A stretch of 64,000 nucleotides of DNA, from contig CAWCDG010000004.1 of NCBI GenBank assembly GCA_963794325.1, positions 704,001 through 768,000 on the forward strand. Direction: 5' to 3'. Positions 58,732 to 64,000 of the stretch are shown here, piece by piece. This DNA comes from an uncultured delta proteobacterium. Lineage in GTDB: Bacteria > Desulfobacterota > Binatia > Binatales > Binataceae. The translations under genes and the position numbers were made by a program. Every line of letters starts with the position of its first letter. Within the stretch, counting starts at the first letter, position 1. The notes beneath the pieces are model-generated. The model was not told the DNA's origin. It saw only the letters and a list, made by a program, of their open reading frames with translations, and made no database searches.

Positions 58732-59018
58732 ACCCGGTGATGCTGCTGCTTTATGCCGAAGCGTTTTGGCAGGACTATCAGACTCCGGTAGAACTCTTGA
58801 TGGTCCTTGCGGTTTCTGGAGTCTTAGTGAAATGGGTCGTTGATGATTTCAGGCACTCGCGCTTGTCCGCGATTACCTGGCTTTTGGTAGTACTATCGCT
58901 CCTCGGACCTATATGGGTTGCGTCGTATGTGGCCTCCTCCGGCGGCCTTGCTCAGTTACGCCACCATCGGGATCTGATCCTGCTCGGCTCAACACCGCAC
59001 CACGAAGAACGAAATTAG
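58728..59018 (+). CDS. Hypothetical small membrane protein (passenger)
   Basis: 96 aa with two hydrophobic segments; ATGA overlap with the remnant; stop lies within the right IR. Confidence 0.55.
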   Translation: MNPVMLLLYAEAFWQDYQTPVELLMVLAVSGVLVKWVVDDFRHSRLSAITWLLVVLSLLGPIWVASYVASSGGLAQLRHHRDLILLGSTPHHEERN

Positions 59019-59060
59019 GACGCTACCATCCGCCGCCCTTCGCGGAGCGAAACTCGGGTT

Positions 59061-59834
59061 TCAGCCCTTGGCGCGGATCAATCCCGCGAACTTGTCCAGC
59101 TCCACCGGATTCAGGTCAGACACCACCCAGCAATTCATCCCGGCGACCGTCATCTGCTCGACGTTGTATCCGTGCTCGGTCTCGATTCGTTCAGCGCTGG
59201 TCGGGGTGCCCGCCGTTGGCCACATGAAGACGTTGATCACGTGCTTGGCATGCTGATAGACGAGCGCCGCCACCGGCCGTCCGTCGATATAGTCGAGACG
59301 CCCACCCACCAGCGGAAATCCGTCTTGCACGAAATCGTTAACCGGTGGCGAGAAATCCAGCTTGCCGTTGAACCATGGCTTGACGGTATGTTGATCGGTC
59401 GAGGCAACGTCCATCAGATGCGTCGCCATCAGCGATCGCACATGACTGGCGACCACTTCGTTCGCGAGGTGCTGATTGAGGGCTGGAGCGATCGAGCGCG
59501 GCGCGATGACCAGCGCGAGCGCGGCGCCAATCGCCATCGGTACCGCAAATCTGGCGGCACGTTGAACCCATGGCCCGCGCCGCGATTGATAACCGTTCGA
59601 CTGCGACGGCGTCGCCGTTGGAAGCGCGCGGCGAATCTTGTCCTTCAACGCGGCCGGTGCTTCGAATTTGAACGCCTCATCCCTGAGCCGCGTGCGCATC
59701 GCACGCAGCGCGGCGTATTCGCTCGCGCATCGCGGACATTCCTCGATATGCCGCTGCACTTCGAGGTCGTCGGCGAGGTCAAGTTCGCCGTCGAGATGTC
59801 CGTGCATCAGGATTCGCGCGTCGTCGCAGTTCAC
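59061..59834 (-). CDS. Zinc-finger (HxxxCxxC) anti-sigma factor
   Basis: DGEL..HIEECPRC, TM, DQHTVKPWF.GKLDF, LVGGRLDY. Confidence 0.9.
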   Translation of the reverse strand: MNCDDARILMHGHLDGELDLADDLEVQRHIEECPRCASEYAALRAMRTRLRDEAFKFEAPAALKDKIRRALPTATPSQSNGYQSRRGPWVQRAARFAVPMAIGAALALVIAPRSIAPALNQHLANEVVASHVRSLMATHLMDVASTDQHTVKPWFNGKLDFSPPVNDFVQDGFPLVGGRLDYIDGRPVAALVYQHAKHVINVFMWPTAGTPTSAERIETEHGYNVEQMTVAGMNCWVVSDLNPVELDKFAGLIRAKG

Positions 59835-60361
59835 GTCTGCTCCTTCCCGATTCGCTCCTTGAGCGAACGCGCGAGCTTGCCGCGAGCGCGCGCCAACCGC
59901 GACATGACGGTGCCAATCGGCACGTCGGCCGCGTCGGCGATTTCCTTGTACGAAAGTCCCTCGATATCCCGCATGACGATCACCTCGCGAAACTCGTCCG
60001 CCAGCTCCTCCAGCGCCGCGCGAATCATCGTAGTGTCGGCCTTGCGGACCGCTTCCGCCTCCAGACCGCTGTCCTCGGTCGTCCCAGCATGCATCTGCTC
60101 GTCGAACTCGGTCGGGGCATTGCTACCCCGGTTGCGCTTGAGCCAGGTGAATGCGGTGTTGCGCACGATCGCGAGAATCCACGCGCGCGGGTCGCCGCCG
60201 CGAAATCCGCCGGCGAACCTGAGCGCGCGCAGGTAGGCCTCCTGCACCACGTCCTGCGCGTCGTGATCATCACGCACCAGCCATCGCGCAAGGTTGTAAG
60301 CGGCATCCATATGCGGCAGGAACGTGCGGTCGAAATCGACAGCTTTGGTATCGTCAGGCAA
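59831..60361 (-). CDS. ECF sigma factor
   Basis: AAYNLARWL, DVVQEA, SYKEIA, PIGTVMSRLARAR. Confidence 0.92.
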   Translation of the reverse strand: MPDDTKAVDFDRTFLPHMDAAYNLARWLVRDDHDAQDVVQEAYLRALRFAGGFRGGDPRAWILAIVRNTAFTWLKRNRGSNAPTEFDEQMHAGTTEDSGLEAEAVRKADTTMIRAALEELADEFREVIVMRDIEGLSYKEIADAADVPIGTVMSRLARARGKLARSLKERIGKEQT

Positions 60362-60396
60362 TCGCTTTTCTTTCGCCCGCCTGTCTCCGTGTAGTT

Positions 60397-60475
60397 TCAG
60401 ACCGCGAGCGCGCCAATCTTATTCCCGACCGCCACCGGGCCTCAATCGCGGGAATATTCCATCGCCTGCCGAGTC
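60397..60475. promoter_or_regulatory. Bidirectional ECF promoter cassette, copy 1
   Basis: Minus strand GGAATA-N17-GTCTG toward the sigma gene; plus strand GGAATA-N16-GTC. Confidence 0.7.
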
Positions 60476-60636
60476 CTTACCATTGTGCGGTCATATTTCA
60501 CGCCTTTACGTCAGGAGAGTTAGCGACCCGAAGTTGTATCGCCAAAAATCGCCCACACGGTAGAAACGCCCCCTTTTCTGTCGCCCCCCACAGAAACCGT
60601 TTCGCCGTGTGGGCATTATCCTCCTGTAGGAGTCCC

Positions 60637-60870
60637 ATGGATCGATTCGATCGCGTGAACAGCAGAATCCTGACGGTGCGGGACCTATCGAGCTATCTCC
60701 GGGTGCACCCGTCAACGATCTACAAGATGCTGAAAAGAAATCAGTTGCCCGCGTTCCGCGTCGGCAGCGATTGGCGGTTTACCGTGGAGGCGATCGACCA
60801 ATGGCTCGCCTCGGCGGAGGAGGGCGTGCCCTCGGCTGGCGCCCTCGAAACCGAACTTGGCTCGAAGTGA
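60637..60870 (+). CDS. Excisionase-family (HTH_17) DNA-binding protein
   Basis: LTVRDLSSYLRVHPSTIY..LPAFRVGSDWRF; RBS AGGAG. Confidence 0.88.
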   Translation: MDRFDRVNSRILTVRDLSSYLRVHPSTIYKMLKRNQLPAFRVGSDWRFTVEAIDQWLASAEEGVPSAGALETELGSK

Positions 60871-60998
60871 TCTGATAGCTCAAATCGAAATTCTTCGCCG
60901 AGAATATTTTCGCGAATCAGCGTCGTGGCATCACCGGAGCCGCGCGGTGATTCGAGTTCGGCCGTAAATTCCAGCCCGATCTCCCTGCCCGATCAGTC

Positions 60999-61077
60999 TC
61001 AGACCGCGATCCAGACAATTTTATTCCCGACAACTTTCGATCTCCAATCGCGGGAATATTCTCAGCGCCATCGAGTC
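60999..61077. promoter_or_regulatory. Bidirectional ECF promoter cassette, copy 2
   Basis: Gap-free 79-bp alignment to 60397-60475 with conserved TCAGACCGCGA, TTATTCCCGAC, CAATCGCGGGAATATTC and CGAGTC blocks. Confidence 0.7.
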
Positions 61078-61117
61078 ATCCACCGTGAAAGCGCACATCA
61101 GCGCGAGGTGATTCTTG

Positions 61118-62122
61118 ATGGAAAACAAATTCGATCGTCGATCGTTCCTGCGGGTTACAGGAACTGCCCTGAGCATCGGCGCACTCTACAGCGTATTCCC
61201 CGCGCTCGCGCGAAAAGCCGGTGCCGAAGGAATGACGCGCACCTTGGCCGAGCTCAATGGCGAGGCTCCCGCGCCGTTCTCGTTCATGCAACTGAGCGAT
61301 ACCCACGTCGGATTCAACGGGCCGCCTGATCCGCTCGGCACCAAGGCGTTCGAGAACGCGGTTGCCACAATCAACGGGCTGAAGACTCGCCCCGATCTGA
61401 TCATCGTCACCGGCGATCTGACCCACGACGCCGACTCGCCCGACGAGCACGCCAAACGCTTCAAGCTGTTCAAGGAAATCTCGGGCAGAATCGGTGGCGG
61501 CGCGCAAATCAAGGTGGTGCCGGGTGAGAATGACGCGGCGCTCGACGGCGGCGACATGTTCCGCGAGTTCATGGGGCCGACCCACTACTCGTTCGACCAT
61601 CGCGGCGTCCATTTCATCGCGCTCGACAACGTCTCCACTGGGCGGCCGGCAGTCGGTACCGAGCAGCTCACCTGGATGAAATCCGATCTTGCGCGCTTTC
61701 CGAAAACCGCGCCCATCGTCGTGTTCACCCATCGTCCGCTGTTCGACCTCAAACCCGAATGGGAATGGTTCACCAGCGACGGCGACGACGTGATGAATGC
61801 GCTCGCGCCGTATGAAAACGTGACGGTGCTCTACGGCCATATTCATCGCGAGAATTTCCACCAGGCCGGCACCACGAAAATGTACGCGGCACGCTCGCTG
61901 ATCTTCGCTTTCCCCGATCCCGCGACCGCGCCCGCGAAAAAGCCCGCGCCCTTCGACAAGGCGCAGCCGTTCAAGGACCTGGGAATCCGGCGTATCAACG
62001 GCAACGCGGACGGCAGCGATTTGCAGATCGAGGAAGTCGAGCTGGCGACCGCGGAGTTCTCGGGCACCGTCGGAATGGATCAGATGCTCAAACACGGAAA
62101 CAACGACGCAAAGGACGAGTAA
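61118..62122 (+). CDS. Tat-exported metallophosphoesterase
   Basis: DRRSFL, SDTH, TGDL, PGEND, THRP, GHIH. Confidence 0.88.
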   Translation: MENKFDRRSFLRVTGTALSIGALYSVFPALARKAGAEGMTRTLAELNGEAPAPFSFMQLSDTHVGFNGPPDPLGTKAFENAVATINGLKTRPDLIIVTGDLTHDADSPDEHAKRFKLFKEISGRIGGGAQIKVVPGENDAALDGGDMFREFMGPTHYSFDHRGVHFIALDNVSTGRPAVGTEQLTWMKSDLARFPKTAPIVVFTHRPLFDLKPEWEWFTSDGDDVMNALAPYENVTVLYGHIHRENFHQAGTTKMYAARSLIFAFPDPATAPAKKPAPFDKAQPFKDLGIRRINGNADGSDLQIEEVELATAEFSGTVGMDQMLKHGNNDAKDE

Positions 62123-62126
62123 GAAA

Positions 62127-62516
62127 ATGAAAACCACAACTATCAAAAAAATCGTCGGCATCATTCTTCTTGCCGGGGTATGCGAAATCGGGCTGGTGGG
62201 TGTCCCCGCGGTGATCAATCTCACCCGCGCGAGTGACGAACCGAAGGTGATCGAGATTACCGCGAAGAAGTTCGAGTTCACGCCGAATCAGATCACGCTC
62301 AAGAAGGGCGAGCCGGTAATCCTGCGGCTGAGCAGCCAGGATCGCGTGCACGGCTTCATGTCCAAGCCGCTCAAAATCGATACCGATATCCCCGCCGACA
62401 AGACCGCCGACGTGCCCGTCACGCCGGATACCGCCGGCGACTTCACCGTGATCTGCGACCACTACTGCGGCACCGGCCACGGCAACATGAAGATGAAAGT
62501 TACGGTCGTCGAGTAG
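62127..62516 (+). CDS. Cupredoxin with a CuA site (COX II C-terminal-like)
   Basis: DRVHGF and CDHYCGTGHGNM (CxxxCxxxHxxM). Confidence 0.88.
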   Translation: MKTTTIKKIVGIILLAGVCEIGLVGVPAVINLTRASDEPKVIEITAKKFEFTPNQITLKKGEPVILRLSSQDRVHGFMSKPLKIDTDIPADKTADVPVTPDTAGDFTVICDHYCGTGHGNMKMKVTVVE

Positions 62517-62533
62517 TAAAAGGAGCGAGTTAA

Positions 62534-63067
62534 ATGTTTGCGCAACTGGTCAGCACGTATCATCTGCATCCGATCGTCGATCACTTCACCATCGCGCTGC
62601 TGACCTTCGGGATCGCCGCGGAAATCCTCGCCGCCGCGGCGATCTTTTTCAGTGAAAATGGCGCGCCTTGGTTGTCGGGCTGGGGAGAGAAGCTTCAAAG
62701 CACGTCGCTCATGCTGATGATCGGCGGAGCGGTCGCCAGCATCTTGTCGTATTTCAGCGGCGACGCGGAAGCCGATCGGCTCTGGGACACGACGTCGCCC
62801 GCTGCGCAGCAAATTCTTGCATCCTCCGACGGCGCGCGCGCCTACTTGTCCCACGCGGTTCTCGGGCAATACCTGATGTACGCGTTTCTGATTCTCGCCG
62901 TGTGGCGCGTGATGCTCGAGTTGTCGAGCCGCGTCGCGCGCACGCGAATCGCGTTCGTGATGGTTGCGGTGGTCGCAGCGGGCGCCCTCCTCTACCAGGG
63001 CAAGACCGGCGGAGAACTGGTTTACGAACACGGCGTCGGAGCTTCGGTCACTCATACTCAGGATTGA
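62534..63067 (+). CDS. DUF2231 membrane protein
   Basis: HPIVDHFTIAL, conserved His, GGELVYEHG. Confidence 0.82.
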   Translation: MFAQLVSTYHLHPIVDHFTIALLTFGIAAEILAAAAIFFSENGAPWLSGWGEKLQSTSLMLMIGGAVASILSYFSGDAEADRLWDTTSPAAQQILASSDGARAYLSHAVLGQYLMYAFLILAVWRVMLELSSRVARTRIAFVMVAVVAAGALLYQGKTGGELVYEHGVGASVTHTQD

Positions 63068-63914
63068 CAAAAACGCGACACCGCTGTTAGCTCGGCTGGC
63101 GAAAAACTCCGTCGCAAATTCTCTTCGATCCGCCGTTTCGTGCGCGCTCGTTTGCGCCGCGTTGATGATTGGCGCGCCGAATGCCATCGGCGGAGCCTGC
63201 CCCTCTCCCTCGGATCCAATCAGCGCGGACCGACCCGGCGTCACTAATTCCAGCACCGTCGTCCCTTACGGAAGCTTCGAAGCCGAGAGCGGCAGCGACT
63301 GGATGGTTTCCCACGGCACGAATTCTCTGAACGGAAGCAGCACGAGGCTGCGTCTCGGCGTTTACGATTGCACCGAATTTCTGGTCGACGCGCCCAGCTA
63401 CACCGGCTCGCTCAATGGCCCCCAGCAGTCGGGCTTTTCAGACGTAGTAGTCTCGCTGAAGCATCAGTTCCCCGAACCGTTCGGCTTCACAGGATTCAAC
63501 ATATCAGCGACCGCCGGACTCGGATTTCCCAGCGGTTCCGAGAAGATCGCCGGTCGCGGCTATCAACCTTACATTCAGGCTCCGTGGTCTTACGATCTTC
63601 CAGACCACTGGACGGCGGCCGGGATGTTTACGCTGAACTGGTTCCCGAGCGAATCAGCAAGGAATCCAACCTTTGCGCCGGCCATTTCGATTGGGAAGCA
63701 ATTTTTCGATTCGCACGCCAATATCAATGTCGAATACGGCGGAATGTACGACCATCGACAGCCGATGCACGTGCTCGACACTCTGGGCCAGTGGCGTTTC
63801 ACGAATACACAACAGCTCGACTTCCAGGCCGGCTTCGGACTCAACCGCAACTCAGTCGATCACTTCTTCGGCATCGGCTATTCATTCCGCCTCGACAAAT
63901 TATTTGGATACTAA
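62964..63914 (+). CDS. Outer-membrane beta-barrel transporter (MetA-pathway/COG4313-like); true start probably downstream of 63067
   Basis: ADRPG..S..VVP.G....E.G, GFSD....K, C-terminal GIGYSFR. Confidence 0.75.
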   Translation: MRWSQRAPSSTRARPAENWFTNTASELRSLILRIDKNATPLLARLAKNSVANSLRSAVSCALVCAALMIGAPNAIGGACPSPSDPISADRPGVTNSSTVVPYGSFEAESGSDWMVSHGTNSLNGSSTRLRLGVYDCTEFLVDAPSYTGSLNGPQQSGFSDVVVSLKHQFPEPFGFTGFNISATAGLGFPSGSEKIAGRGYQPYIQAPWSYDLPDHWTAAGMFTLNWFPSESARNPTFAPAISIGKQFFDSHANINVEYGGMYDHRQPMHVLDTLGQWRFTNTQQLDFQAGFGLNRNSVDHFFGIGYSFRLDKLFGY

Positions 63915-64000
63915 GTTGGATCGCCGCCCTGCTGGAACAATCGCATCAACTCCTCGACCGTTGCCGGCGGCTTGCGCGCGGTCTCGAGCGTGTCGCGGAC

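Larger units (their letters stand above)
58632..59027 (+). mobile_element. Non-autonomous IS1-family derivative (396 bp) with a passenger gene
   Basis: Ends GGTAATGCCCTGGTTT and rc GGTAGCGTCCTAATTT (11/16); flanks ATTCGCCG/ATCCGCCG (7/8); internal transposase C-terminal remnant. Confidence 0.75.

Noticed and set aside
60637-60870. Excisionase as evidence of a prophage or ICE
   Set aside because: No integrase, att site, tRNA or phage genes nearby; stand-alone HTH_17 regulators are common

Overview
A GC-rich bacterial chromosomal window. A Binatota/deltaproteobacteria-like origin is only a weak inference from gene content. Most of it is metabolic or housekeeping: rpoD, a family-B DNA polymerase, a BtuFCD-like ABC transporter, cbiA/cobB, hemQ/chdC, a class III ADH, an acyl-CoA dehydrogenase with CoA-transferases, a fused ETF, a FadF-like Fe-S oxidoreductase, and two ECF sigma/anti-sigma pairs. 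No rRNA, tRNA or CRISPR array was seen. The less ordinary items are: (1) a Panacea-type antitoxin/RelE-like toxin pair ending in IS-like termini; (2) a 396-bp IS1-derived non-autonomous element carrying a passenger gene, with an 8-bp target duplication; (3) three paralogous proline-punctuated amphipathic-helix proteins beside a membrane-anchored coiled-coil protein, the best candidate for an undescribed system; (4) a Tat-exported vanadium haloperoxidase with a non-canonical active-site motif; (5) two tandem secreted 15-residue-repeat proteins; (6) readable ECF promoter motifs, including a duplicated 79-bp bidirectional cassette; (7) several shuffled REP/MITE-like repeat modules. Four apparent frameshifts between 31 and 38.4 kb are more likely assembly indels than real pseudogenisation. 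All family assignments come from motif recognition by eye, not database searches.
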